Assembly (NCBI GenBank): GCA_038087875.1
Contig: CM075993.1
Span: forward strand, 7,256,001 to 7,320,000
Direction: 5' to 3'
From: Malacoraja senta
Lineage: Eukaryota
DNA length: 64,000 bases
The notes below the pieces were generated by a model. It did no database searches, was not told where the DNA came from, and saw only the letters and a list, made by a program, of their open reading frames with translations. This document shows positions 35,598-48,878 of this stretch, one piece after another. Position numbers and translations under genes: made by a program. Position 1 is the stretch's first letter. The number at the start of each line of letters is the position of its first letter.

Positions 35598-38492
35598 GTA
35601 AGACCATGCCGCCCTGTTCAGTGACGTCTTGCCCGATGGGAACAAAATAAGGCACTTGGGAGATGAAAGAAAGAAGAAAACATATCACAGGCTGGGCTAT
35701 TCTCAGTGTCTCATTGTGTCAGAATCGACACTTCCCAGCTGTCAGACTGTCCACTGATTAAGAGGTGTTTTTCTAACTGGTTATTGAAAGGAATTCTGCA
35801 GAATAAGTTGCACCTAAATCTGAAGTAAACTAAGATTCAAGAGAGGAGTTATGTGAAGGAAGGGTCCCGACCTGAAACATCACCTCTCCATGTTCTCCAA
35901 GGATGCTGCCTGGCCCCTTGAGTTACTCCAGCACTAAAGCACAGTAGCACGGTCATAGAGTTGCTGCCTTACAGCGGCAGAGACCCAGGTTTGACTACGA
36001 GTGCTGTCTGTACGGTGTTTATACAATCTCCCCATGACATGTTCTGTATTCATGCCTACTATATTGTGTTGTGCTGAAGCAAAGCAAGAATTTCATTGTC
36101 CTATCTGGGACACATGACAATAAACTCTCTTGACTTGACCTGCGTGGGTTTTCTCCGGTTTCCTCCCACACTCCAAAGATGTGCAGGTTTGTAGGTTAAT
36201 TGGCTTTGGTAAAGATTGTAAATTGTCCCTAGTGTGTGTAGGATAGTGCTAGTGTATGGGGATGGCTGGTCAGCATGGACTCGGTGAGCCAAAGGGCCTG
36301 CTTCAGGACTAAAGTAAAAGTTGCACCAAATCCTAAAGTAAACTAAGGTTGAAGAGAGAGGTCGTCTGAAGGACCCAAAACGTCACCTATCCATGTTCTC
36401 CAAGGATGCTGCCGGTCCTGCTGAGTTACTCTAACACTTTGTATCCATTTTTTCTAAAGTATACTAATTTGATTTTGTACTGTGAATCTCTGGTCATCTA
36501 CTTTCTGATTGTTTGGAAATACAGAAGGTTTGGCATCTGGTTCACCTGGGCACAGATTAATAATACAATGTCCTTCGTAAATTGGACCTTTGAATATGTT
36601 TGTGGGATCCTGCTGCTCACAGTTGTGAGGCTGGGTTTTCCTGTTGTTAAGATGAATACTTTTGGCATTACAGAAAATCTTAGACACATGCAGCAACTTG
36701 TCTGCATAATTTGCAGCCAGATTTATCATATATCTGAATGTACCTGAACATTGAAAGTCGTCCATTAGTTTAGTTTAGAGATACAGCGCGGAAATGGACC
36801 CTTCGGCCCACCGAGACCGCGTCGACCAGCGATCAGCATACACTAGCACTATCCTATACGCACTAGGAACAATTTGTAATTATACCAAACCAATTAGCCT
36901 ACAAACCTGTACGTTTTTGGAGTGTGGGAGGAAACCGGAGCTCCGGAGAAAACCCAAGCAGGTTACAGGGAGAACGTACAAACTCCGTAAAGACAGCACC
37001 CGTAGTCGGGATTGAACCGGGTCTCAGGCACTGTAAGACAGCGACTCTACCGCTGTGCCACTGTGCTGCCCTTTAGTTTCTGCTTTATTAATGAATTTAT
37101 TAATGATTTCTTGCTTCCCCCTCCCCACGCCACCATCACCACACATCCACATTATCCAGTCATGTCAAGAGTATTTCATTGTGTAGGAAGGAACTGCAGA
37201 TGCTGGTTTGAACCGAAGATAGACACAAAATGCTGGAGTAACTGCGGGACAGGCGGCATCTCTGGAGAGAAGGAATGGGTGACATTTCGGGTCAAGACAA
37301 GAAGGGTCTCGACCAGAAACGTCGCCCATTCCTTCTCTCCAGAGATGCTGCCTGTCCTGAAGAGTATTTCATTGTCATACATACTGTCACAAAGCACGGT
37401 AACAGGCTCTTCAGCCCACCTTGTCAATGCCCCCTCTAAGCTAGTCCCATTTAGCCTTGTTTGCCCCATATTGTCAAATGTCCCCACAACAAAACAATGA
37501 AATTCTTTACTTGCAGCAGCTTACCAGGCCTGTAAACACAATATACATAGATAACATATAATAATCACAAATTCTATAAAATAATAACAACAATACTATC
37601 GCAAAAACGAAATCCCAAGATCCTTGGTGCTACCAAAGACAGTCTACAGAAATTCATCGTTGGGGTTAGAGTTCTATAATGTTCAAGAGCCTGATGGTTG
37701 TTGGGAAGAAGCTGTTTGTGAACCTGATGGTCACGGTTTTCAGACACCAATATTCCCGATGGCAGGAGTGAAAGGAGAGGTCATTTGGTCCATTCACAAT
37801 CCATTCCATCACTTGTAGAATATAGAACAGCACAGCACAGGATCAGGCTCTTTGGCCCACAATGTCTGTGCCGAACATGATGGCAAGTTAAACAAATCTT
37901 CTCTGCCTGCACTTGATCGCTATCCCTCCATTCCCTGCATGTCGACATGTCTATCCAATCTGGTCAATTTGAAGAAGGGTTCCGACCTGAAAAGTCATAA
38001 ATTCCTTTTCTCGGGAGATGCTGCCTGACCCGCTGAGTTACTCCAGCGCTTTGTGTCTATCTTCAGTATAAATCAGCATCTGCAGTTCCTTCCTACATAT
38101 TTTGCTGATACAAACGCCTCTTAAATGGCACTATAATATCTGCCTTCACCACTACCCTTGGCTGCCCAACAAGTTTGCTGTGGACAAGCCATGCTGACCC
38201 TCCCGAATTAGTTTAGTTTAGAGATACAGCGTGGAAACAGGCCCTTCGGCCCACCGAGTCCGTGCCGACCGGCGATCCCCGCACATTAACATTATCCTAC
38301 ACACACTAAGGACAATTTGACCAAGCCAATTAACCTACAAACCTGTAAGCCTTTGGCGTGTAAGTATCCCGTTCCCTCCTGCCCTGTGACCTTTCCTCTT
38401 TATTGAGGAGGTGACATGAATTATTGTGGAGAATGCTGTCCATATGATTGCGGTTTTGAAAACTAACATTTCACGTTTTCTACCCTTTCCAG

Positions 38493-38923
38493 ATAAAGAG
38501 GGATTTGGACGTGGAGAAATCCGGGATCCGCTTTGTACCGTTCCAGGACCTTCAGCCGCGCCTGGCGGACGCGCGGGTTCTGCAGTCGACAGAAGGGCCT
38601 CTGTGCCCCCAGAAAGAAGATGTGGTCAGGGGGTTGTCGCAGCAGCTTCAGCAGACCAAGTTCAACGAAGCAGAAAGCCCAGAGATGAGTGGCACAGGCA
38701 GTGAAGTCAGCTCTGGTGAGGAGGTTGATGGTTGTTCAAGGACTGATGCCCCTCGCAGGCATAAAACCCTCCCGGCTGGCAATGGGAGCGGGCAGCTGCC
38801 GGTCGAGTCCAACAGCAAGGGCCTGCATAAGGGAACAGCAGTGCGATTTGTTGGCTTTCAGCTGGGAGAAGGGACAGCGACGCTGGCCGCTCTGCAGATC
38901 ACCGTGTCGCTGAAGTGCAGCAG
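38493..38923 (+). CDS. Coding exon 5 (IKRDLDVEKSGIRFVPF...QITVSLKCS-R)
   Basis: ccctttccag acceptor; gtacga donor; 431 nt, phase 0/2; matches ORF 38505..38939. Confidence 0.88.
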
Positions 38924-41904
38924 GTACGATCAGCGTTAGTGGCGTGAGAGTGAATTTACGTAATTAATTGTACGATGCAAAAACCTTTCTACAGGGCTTT
39001 GGTGATGCTGCCTGCCTTCTTGAGGCAGTGCCTCCTATAGATCCCTTTGATGGTGGGGAGGTCAGTGCCCACGGTGACCCAGGCAGTGTCTGCCACTTGC
39101 CATTTTGTCCACAAACAACTATGCTCAGTCCATAATGTCTCTGTTCTAAAAGCTGTGTTCTTAAGAGCAAAATGTGTGGCAATGTTTATATTGCCGACAG
39201 AGTTTTAGTAGTAAACTAAAACTTTTTAAGTATCCTCTATGGAGCGAAGGAAATAGGCTATGTTTCATGTCGACATCCCGAAACGTTGCCTATTTCCTTC
39301 GCTCCATAGATGCTGCCTCACCCGCTAAGTTTCTCCAACATTTTTGTCTACCTTCAGCCGCACCTGCGAGTTGGGGGCTATACGTGAGTGGATAGGGCGG
39401 GGGATGGGGTAAAAGGAGTGAATTAATAATATTAATATAATATCAATGAGGGTGGTTTGTGTGTGTGGGGGGGGGGTTAGTGTGTGTGAGGGGTTGGCTA
39501 GTGTGTGTGTGTGACGCCGCAGGCCGCCCCCTCCCCCCGCAACCGCGCGTTGAGGGGACGGGACCCAACGGGTCCCCCTTGGTCTAGTTAAGCCCCAATC
39601 ATTTTTAAAACGATTTCATTTGCTATCATAAGATATTCTGAGGTCTTGCAATGATGATGTGTACAAATCCAAGATGGGCACAAAATTCCAGAGTAACTCA
39701 GAGGGACAGGCAGCAGCACTGGAAAGAAGGAATGGGTGACGTTTCGGGTCGAGACCCTTCAGACTGATAGTCACGGGAAAGGGAAACGAGAGATATAGAC
39801 TATGATGTAGAGAGATAAAGTATAATGAATGAAAGATATGCAAAAAAAGTAACAATGATAAAGGAAACAGGCCATTGTTAGCTGGTCCCGATCTAAGCTC
39901 GTCCCTAAGCCTACAAATGTACACAACACCATCTGTTACTCTTTTCAAAGTGCTTGAAAAGTGCTTCACTGTTCTGAAGAAGGGTCTTGACCCGAAACGT
40001 CACCCATTCCTTCACTCCAGAAATGCTGCTGCCTGTCCCGCTGAGTTACTCCAACATTCTGTGTCTATTTCAATGTTCCTTAAGATTGTTTTGCATAGAG
40101 AAAATTTGCCATAATTGAAGGACATCTCAGTCTCTCTGAAACATTGTGTTTCTCCTACTAAAAAATGGACTCTTCCATTTCTTCCATGATTTTCCTCCTC
40201 ACCAAACTTCCCAAATCCCTTGCATTCTCCTCACTACTTGCTTTCCATCTAGGTTTACATCTTTGGGGGGGGGTAAATTGTTACATCCTTTTGATAAATC
40301 CTCTGTTGTTGATAACAATGGCAAAATATCTGAAACCACGCACAAATCCTTGTGCAAGCTGCCAAACTGAAGGCAGCTTCCTCTGTCGACCTGCACTGTT
40401 AATATATTACTCTCAATCCACTGAGCCTTCATTTAATAACCTTGCATTAAGTGCTTTATGAAAATCTAATTCTACTACATCTACTGATTTTCTCCTTGTG
40501 TGTTCTGGGGCGGCCGAGTGGGGCTGCTACCTTGCAGCGCCAGAGACCTGCTTTCAATCCTGACCTCGGATGCTGTCTGTGTGGAGTTTGCACGTTCTCA
40601 CTGTGATCGCGTGGCTTTCCTCCGGGTGCTCCGGTTTCCTCCCACATTCCAACGATATGTGGGTTTGTAGTCTAATTGACCGCTGTAAATTGCCCCCAGT
40701 GCATAGGGAGTGGCTATGAAAGTGGGATAACGAGGAACTAGTGTGAATGGGTGATCAATGGTCGGCATAGACCCGGTGGGCCGAATGGCCTATTTTCGCG
40801 CTGTATCTCTAAGCAACTCTGCTAGTCACAGCTTCCAAGATAAATCAAGATAGATTTGTCAAATACTCTCAAACTATGCTGATTCTGTGCAACATATTAT
40901 GGTTTTAATGAGACACTGTTACCACAGACTGGATAACAGATTCCATCACCCAATACAACTCTATTAAACTCCAGAGTTGCAAAGGCAGTTTGATAGCTAG
41001 CGCATTTGGACATGAGACGAGTGCAAAAATATCATGAATATTGTAGTCAGTGGCCTGAAATGTTCACTTTTTTTCTCTCCACAAATATTGTCTGCCCTAT
41101 TGAGTATTTCTAGTATTTACTGTAGTTTATTTTTTTTAATTTCCAGCCACAGTTTTTTTGCTTTTCAATTACCATTGTGATTAATAAGTCTGATTTAGTT
41201 TCCTTGCTTATCCATTGGCGATCTCCCCCCTGGTAGTGTTCTCTTACAATGATGTTGTAGTATGCTTATGTTCTCTGTGTGGGGCAGCACAGTGGCTAAA
41301 GCTGCTGCCTCCCAGTGCCAGAGACCCAGGTTCGATCCTGACCTCGGGTGCTGTCTGTGTGGAGTTTACACGTTCTCCCTGTGACCGCGTGGCTTTCCTC
41401 TGGGTGCTTCCGATTTCCTCCTACATCCCAAAGACGTGTGGGATTTGTCAGTTAATTGGCCTCTAAATTGACCCAGGTGTGTAGGGAGTGAATGAGAAAG
41501 TGCAGTAACATTGAACTAGTGCGAATGGGTGATCGATGGTCGGCATGGACTCAGCGGGCAGGGTCCGATTCCATGCTGTATCGCTAAAATTATAACTTGA
41601 GGTATGTGGGTCTCAACTACTGAAACTAGTGTGAACGGGTGGTCAGCGTAGACTCGATGGGCCGAAGGATCTGTTTCCATGCTATGTCTCTAAAATGGAA
41701 ACTGTAACGTTGGATATGTGGGTCACGACTGCTGACATTTTCTGTCACTCCCTGTTCGTAGGCTGCCTTAATTGTTATTTTTTATGGTCTTGTAATTGAG
41801 TCGGAAAACCAAATGGCAGCGACGATTGAGGAGGGTCTTGGCATACAACAACCTCCAGTGGATAGCTTTTGTTGAACTGACCACTGTTCACTTTCTGTTC
41901 AAAG

Positions 41905-42133
41905 GTGCAAAGTAGCTGTCGACCTGACCGTTTCCCAGAAGCAGCCTTGTTCTGCCAGCTGTGAGAAATGTAGCACGGCCATCAGTGCCACGTTCCAGCC
42001 CAGTGTCCTCCACGAGAACTCGGATGTCATGGGTTACCTGGACCTGCATGGATGTGTCCCCGTAGATTTGGTCGTACAGGAGAGTTCCTTCTCTGTGTGC
42101 TGCCTAAACTGCTCCAAGGAGGGAGATTTGCAG
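41905..42133 (+). CDS. Coding exon 6 (CKVAVDL...CEKC...GYLDLHGCVPVDL...CLNCSKEGDLQ)
   Basis: ttctgttcaaag acceptor; gtcagt donor; 229 nt, phase 2/0. Completes a CSRC motif across the exon 5/6 junction. Confidence 0.9.
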
Positions 42134-43867
42134 GTCAGTTCGTAAAGCGGGTGCCTCTTCCGAATGTAACTTTGGATACGTGGGTCACGACTTACCTGTT
42201 GGCGATTCCAGTGGTTTTTCCTCCTCTTGCATAAAAGGTTAAGGACCATAAGACATAGGAGCAGAATTAGGCCATTCGGCCCATCGAGTCTGCACCGCCC
42301 TTCGATCATGGCTGAACTATTCTTCCTTCTCAACCCCCTTTTTCCTGTTAACCCTTGACGCCTTTAACAATCAAGAACTGTGAAGGAAGGAACTGCGGAT
42401 GCTGGTTTAAACCGAAGATAGACACAAAATCACAAAATGCTGGAGTAACTCAGCGGGACAGGCAGCATCTCTTGAGAGAAGGAATGGGTGACATTTTGGG
42501 TCGAGACCCTTCCTATCTCTCCAGAGATGCTGCCTGTCCCGCTGAGTTACTCCAGCATTTTGTGTCTACCTAAAAAGTTATCAATCTCCACTTTAAAAAC
42601 ACCCAACGACTTGGCCTCCACCGCCATCTGGATTCCACAGATTCACTGCCCTCTGGCTAAAGAAATATAGTGGAGATAGACCTTTGTATTGTGTTATTAT
42701 ATGAGCCATATTGCATTGGGCACCTTAATGAGAAAGCAACAGGTTTTGGGCATCTGGATCGGTGACTCCCAGCCCTTAACATCCACAGTCTGAAAAGTAA
42801 TCAAACATTTGGACTTGCAGCCCATTTTTTAAGTTGACACTATAAATGAATTGATAATTCTGTCAAAATGATTCAAGTTTTCATTAACATTTTAATTTGG
42901 CATTGTAGTGAGTCACAAAATTAAAACATTAAATACAAATACATTTTTCATAATTTGGGGGTGGCGCAGTGGTAGAGTTGCTACGTTGCAGCGCCAGAGA
43001 CCCGGGTTTAATGCTGTCTGTACGGAGTTTGCACGTTCTCCCCATGACTTGCGTGGGTTTTCTCCGAGATCTCCCATCTCCTCCCACACTCCAAAAACAT
43101 ACAGGTTTGTAGGTTAATTGGCTTTGGTAAAATTGTAAATTGTCCCTATGCATTAGTGTGCGGGGATCGCTGTTTGGCGCGGACCTGGTGGGCCGCGGGG
43201 CCTGTTTCTGCGCTGTATCTCTAAACTAAACTAATTGACAAACAAGTATGAAGTGAAATTTAAATTAAATTTTGAACCCCCCCCCCTCATAGCCCAGTTT
43301 CAATCCTTCGTGGGGCCAGTTTTGGGAGCAGCTAGTGGTTGGGAAGCAGTGATCTAGATGATGTATGCGTGCGGTCAGATATTCTGGGGACCTTAGATTA
43401 CAGCAGAACAAACAGAGAATTCTAAAAGGGCTTCGTCCACAATGGAAGCCTGTGTTTCCCAGTCCGATACTGATTTAAACTCCTCTGTATCTCCGGGTCT
43501 TTGTGTTTGTTTCCTATCTTTTATATTTTCCCTTTAAGATTGTGTTTGACCCATTACCACCTCATATTAGACAGCGAAGGAAAGCAAACCCATGCTTCAG
43601 AGTCACAGTGTCACTTTGTCTTGCCAAGGCATATACTTAAAATGTGCAAAGATAGACACAAAATGCTGGAGTAATTCGTGGGTCAGGCAGCATCGCTGGA
43701 GAAAAGGAATAGATGACGTTTCAGGTCTGAAGAAGGGTCTCGACCTGAAATGTCACCTTTTCTCCAGAGATGCTGCCTGACTCGCTGAGTAACTCCAGCA
43801 TTTGGGTCTATCTTCGGCATAAACCAGCCTCTGCAGTTCCTTCCTACATACTTAAACTCTGTGATAT

Positions 43868-44706
43868 GAGATTAGAGATTAGAGATTCCTTTATTTGTGA
43901 TTCAGACCTTTCGGTCTGAACGAAATTTTGTTGCCTGCAGTCATACATATAATAATAAATAACAAAACACACAATAAACACAAATTAACATCCACCACAG
44001 TGAGTTCACCAGGCACCTCCTCACTGTGATGGAGGCAAAAGTCATAAAGTCTCTGTCTCTTCCCTCTTTGTTCTCCCTCTGCGCTGAGGCGATCCAGGCT
44101 TCTGATGTTGTGACCCCGCCGGGTGATGGTAAGTCAATCCCGCGGCTGAATCCGTGCTCCGTCCGCGACGGGCCGGTTCAAACTCCGCGGCCCGGGGTGG
44201 CCGAAGCTGCCGCCCTCCAGTCCAGCGGACGCAGCTGTAGTTGCGGGAGCCCCAGAAAAAACAGGGCACCAACCTGTGACCTGCGAGCTCCCGACGATGT
44301 CGCCCACCGGGCCCGCGGCCGAGCCTCCGGATTCAGGTCGCCACCAGTGTCCTCGGTCGCCACCGCCGGAACGCCACCGCAGCCCCGAAGCAGGCCAGCC
44401 CCGCGCTGGTAAGTCCTGGCTCTGCCTCCAGGGCCTCGAGGTCGGTCGCTCGCAGTTGGAGTTGGAGGCCGGCAGCTCCGCCATTAGGCCTCGGCGCAGA
44501 CGGAGGCAGAGAAGGGGGATACGACAAGAAGAAGTCGCATTCCCCCGAAGGAAGAGACAAAAATCATGTTTCACCCCCCACACCCCACACATACACAACC
44601 CAATAAACTAAAATTTAACTAAAACAGGACAAAAGAAAACAACAAAAAAAGTAAAAACAGACGGACTGCAGGCGAGCCGCAGCTGTTCGACAGCGCCGCC
44701 ACTTCC
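43868..44706 (-). mobile_element. Unclassified non-autonomous retroelement with a GC-rich body
   Basis: On the minus strand it has aataaa plus an (aatctct)n tail at about 43870-43895. A short segment (aacatccaccacag...tcactgtg.tgga.g) recurs near 52010-52045. No recognisable coding motif. Confidence 0.45.
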
Positions 44707-44779
44707 AGAGGGTTGAAAGACTATTTTTGATGTAGTTTTACAATCAAAAGGGTTCAGTTCCTGATTAGGTTTCGGAAGT

Positions 44780-45460
44780 GCAAAGGGACGGGAGTGCTGG
44801 TGCAGGATTCCCGAAAAGTTAATTTGCAAATCGAATCGTTAGCAAGGAAGGCAAACGCATTTATTTCAAGAGGACTCTAATACAAAAATAGGGATGTAAT
44901 GCTGAGGTTTTGTAAGATGCTGGTCAGACAGCATTTGTAGTATTGTGAGCAATTTTGGATCCCATATCTGAGGAAGGATGTGCTGGCGCTGGAGAGTTTT
45001 AAGAGAATGATCCCAGGAACAAGTGGGTTAACTAACATAGGATGAGCGTTTGACAGCACTGGGCCTCTACTCGCTGGGCTTTAGAAGGGGAAACCTCATT
45101 GAAACCTACAGAACAGTGAAAGGCCTGGATAGAGTGGATGTGGAGAGGGTGTTTCCACTAGTGGGAGAGTCGAGGACCAGAAGTCACAGCCTCAATAAAA
45201 GGATGTTCCTTTTAAATGGAGATGAGGAGGAATATCTTTAGTCAGAGGATGGTGAATTTGTGGCATTCATTGCCGCAGAAGGCTGTGGCGGCCAAGTCAA
45301 TGGGTATTTCTAAGGCAAAGATAGATAGATTCTTGATGTCATGAGCCATAGGGAAAAGGCAGGAGAATGAGGTTAAGAGGGAAAGATAGATCAGCCATGA
45401 GTGAATGGCAAAATAGACCTGATGGACTGAATGACCTAATTCTGCTCCTATCACTTATGA
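44780..45460 (+). mobile_element. Older CR1 LINE 3' fragment
   Basis: Degenerate LGLYSL..GNLIETY..TRSH motifs plus a CR1-type 3' UTR. Confidence 0.75.
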
Positions 45461-46207
45461 AGCATTGTTTTGCACGCTATCGCATCAAATCGGATAAAAC
45501 TATTCCTAAATACAATCAAGCCAAACTCAAATACAACAGTTAGAGCAAAGGGAAAGATACAGAATGCACTATACAGTTTTCAGCGGGTTAGATACATAGT
45601 ACAGTACAGATCTCAGCAGGGAAAAATATGCAGTATGTAGTTCTCAGCACAGTAGTGCAACAGGTTCAGAGGCAACGTCCAATGTTTCCAATGAGCTAAA
45701 GGTGAATGGGACTGTACAATAGCTGATGGAACTTTGCACTGTAAAGTAAGTAAGTTAGTTTATTGGCCAAGTATTCACATACAAGGAATTTGCCTTGGTG
45801 CTCCGCCCACAGGTAACAACATGACATACAGTGACAGTGACGAATGACTCAGAAAACACTAAACATTAATAATAATAAAACATTTATGATAAAACACCAT
45901 TGATCAAGCATGTGAACCAACAAAATACCAGATCAAAGGGAGGCTACAGATTTTGGCTGTTGAGTAGAGCAACTACTCGTGGATAAAAACTGTTTTTATG
46001 TCTGGCTGTGGCAGCTTTGACAGTCCGGAGTCGCCTTCCAGAGGGAAGTGATTCAAAGAGTTTGTGGCCAGGGTGAGAGGGGTCAGAGATGATCTTGCCC
46101 GCTCGCTCGCAGTTAGGAGCTATATTTAACTCCATTGAGAGTCTCCTGTATTTTTTGTTAACCCTCTGAGTGACCGCAGTTGCTAACTCTTCTCTCTTGT
46201 TGTCCAG

Positions 46208-46325
46208 GGTCTAACGTACGGGCGGTACAAGGAACTAAACTGCTTGCACTGCCACGGGAAGCTGAGTGTGTTTGCGGAGGCGGCCCAATTTTACCAGATG
46301 AACGCCCAGTCAGAGGATGAAATGG
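46208..46325 (+). CDS. Coding exon 7 (GLTYGRYKELNCLHCHGKL...SEDEM)
   Basis: cttgttgtccag acceptor; gtgagc donor; 118 nt, phase 0/1. Confidence 0.88.
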
Positions 46326-46687
46326 GTGAGCAGAGCTAAATGTAGTTGACTTCATTCATAGCCGGGTTATGGAGTTGGGGGAAAAGAAGGTCTGTTGCAA
46401 AGAAACACATTTGGAATACGGCCCTGGAGATTTACAGAGAGTGGGGACACATGGAGTGTCCATCCCAATGTCCTGTCGTCATTCTCTTCCTTTCCTACCT
46501 CAGCATTTCTCCCCCACATCCCACCCCCTCTCTCCCCACCCTCTCATCCTCTGCTCCTTCCTCTGGCTTCACAATCAGTCTGTCTCACATTTTCTGCTTT
46601 AATCTCTGACCTTTGCTCCGACCATCTACCTACCACCCCCCCCCCCCCCTCCGTCTGTATCCACCTATTACCTGCTACACTTTGTCA

Positions 46688-47878
46688 TAGAAGCATAGAA
46701 GCATAGAAAGTAGGTGCGAGAGCAGACCACCAGGCCCATCGAGCCCGCACCGCCATTCGCTCATGGCTGAACACTAAACAGACACCCTTACCCACAAACA
46801 GTAGACACAAGACACAGAACACAAGACACTACCCTCCCCTTTATACCGCTATCACCCCTCTCCACCCCAAGAACCGCGTGATCTCCTGGGGGAGGCAAAA
46901 AAACGGATAAAAACCCAGGTCCAATTCGGGGAAAAAATCCGGGAAATTCCTCTCCGACCCCAATCCAGGCGATCGACACTTGTCCAGGAGATCACTCAGG
47001 TCTTACTATACTAACCATACCTAGGTCCATATCCCTGCCTTCTCCCCGTAGCCCCTTATCCCCTTGGCAGCTAAAAAACCATCTATTTTAGACTTAAATA
47101 TATTTAATGTTTCTGCTTCCACTGCTCCCTGGGGCAGTGAATTCCATAAATTAACCACCCTCTGGGTGAAGAAGTTCTTCCTCATCTCAGTTTTAAAAGA
47201 GCCCCCCCTTATTCTACAACTATGTCCCCTAGTTCTAGTTTCCCCGATCATTGGGAACATCCTCGGTGCATCCACCCGATCAAGGCCCCTCACGATCTTA
47301 TATGTTTCAATGAGATCGCCTCTCATTCTTCTAAACTCCAAAGAGTAGAGTTCCAGCCTACTTAACCTTTCCTCATATGTCAATCCCCTCATTGCAGGAA
47401 TTAATCTTGTAAACCTTCGCTGCACTGCCTCCAGGGCCAGTACATCCTTTCTTAAGTATGGACCCCAGAACTGTACACAGTATTCCAAATGTGGTCTCAC
47501 TAATACTGTGTACAGCTGCAGCAAGACCTCCGTGTTTTTATACTCAATCCCCCTAGCAATAAAGGCCAAAACTCCATTGGCCTTCCTGATTGCTTGCTGC
47601 ACCTGCATACTAACTTTTAGTGATTCATGTACTACTACCCCTAGATCCCTTTGCGTTGCATTACAATGCAGCTCCACCTCATTTAGAAAATAACTTGCCC
47701 TATCATTTTTTTTCCCAAAGTGAATGACTTCACATTTATTAGTATTAAATTTCATCTGCCAAGTTGTTGCCCACTCACCTAGCTTATCTATATCCTTTTG
47801 CAGACTCTTCCTATCCTCCTCATCCCCTACTTTTCCTCCCATTTTTGTATCGTCCGCAAATTTTGATATATTACACTC
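46688..47878 (-). mobile_element. CR1 LINE 3' fragment (different subfamily with a longer 3' UTR)
   Basis: ORF 47021..47842 contains [19 protein letters not shown] and TRGH; (cttctatg)n tail at about 46688-46708. Confidence 0.88.
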
Positions 47879-48547
47879 TCATGCCTCTCCTCTCTCCCAG
47901 CTTTCTTTCCTTCCCCCCCTCCACAATCAGTCTGAATCCCGATATGAAGCGTCACCTATCCGTGTTCTCCAGAGATGCTGCCTGACCCTGAAGAAGGGTT
48001 TCGGCCCAAAACGTTGCCTATTTCCTTCGCTCCATAGATGCTGCTGAACCTGCTGAGTTTCTCCAGCACTTTGTCTACCTTCAATTTCCCTGCATCTGCA
48101 GTTCCTTCTTAAACAACACGCTGCCTGACCCGCTGGGTTGCTCCAGCATTTTTTGTCAGTAGATCACTGGTTCCCTTTTTCCTGTGTTTCCTTATAAAAA
48201 ACACTTCATTTCAACCACTTCCCCCAAATATAGAATTAGTAGGCTTCGCATTCTCACTACCCTCTTCAGAAAATAAGTTTCTTCCGAATCTCCGTTGTAA
48301 TTTTCCACTTACTATCTCGCTCTGTAAAGTTGGTCTTTCTTTCACTTTCGCAGTCAATCCTTCCCCCATTCCTGTTAAAATCTTTCATTGCCCATTCTAG
48401 GCCACTCCTTGTCCTTCTCACTGTAAGACCAAACAGATAGGGACTGCTTGATCCTGATGGATATTGACAATTCCATTATTAAACCAAAGCTATTTATGGC
48501 TAACTAACTAGCCTGTGTACTCGAGAGGACACAAATTGCTGGAGTAA

Positions 48548-48878
48548 AAGCCCTGTCCCACAGTACGAGTTCATTCCAAGAGCTCTCCCGAGTTTGCCCC
48601 GATTCGAACTCGGAGATTTACGGTAATGACCACTCGTCGGTACTCGGGGCTCTCGTGGACATTTTTCAACATGTTGAAAAATCTTCACTAGTCTTCCCGT
48701 GCTTACCTGCCATTAGCGAGTCTTCCCGAGTACCTGCCGTTAGCGTTACGAGCCGCTAAGAGACGTCCCCGAGCTCCGACGTACCCGCTACATTCATTCT
48801 CCGTGCTTACCACGAGTTCGATTTTTTTTTTAACTCGGGAGAGCTCTTGGAGTGAACTCGTACCGTGGGACAGGACTT
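48548..48878. mobile_element. PIF/Harbinger-type MITE
   Basis: Long TIRs (aagccctgtcccacagtacgagttcattccaagagctctcccgagtt / aactcgggagagctcttggagtgaactcgtaccgtgggacaggactt); TAA TSD; splits the ggagtaa|ctcagc motif of a PLE-related repeat. Confidence 0.85.

Noticed and set aside
44026..44611. Overlapping GC-rich ORFs / CpG island as a gene or promoter
   Set aside because: They lie inside an element with a retroposon-like tail and have no splice-consistent frame or recognisable domain.
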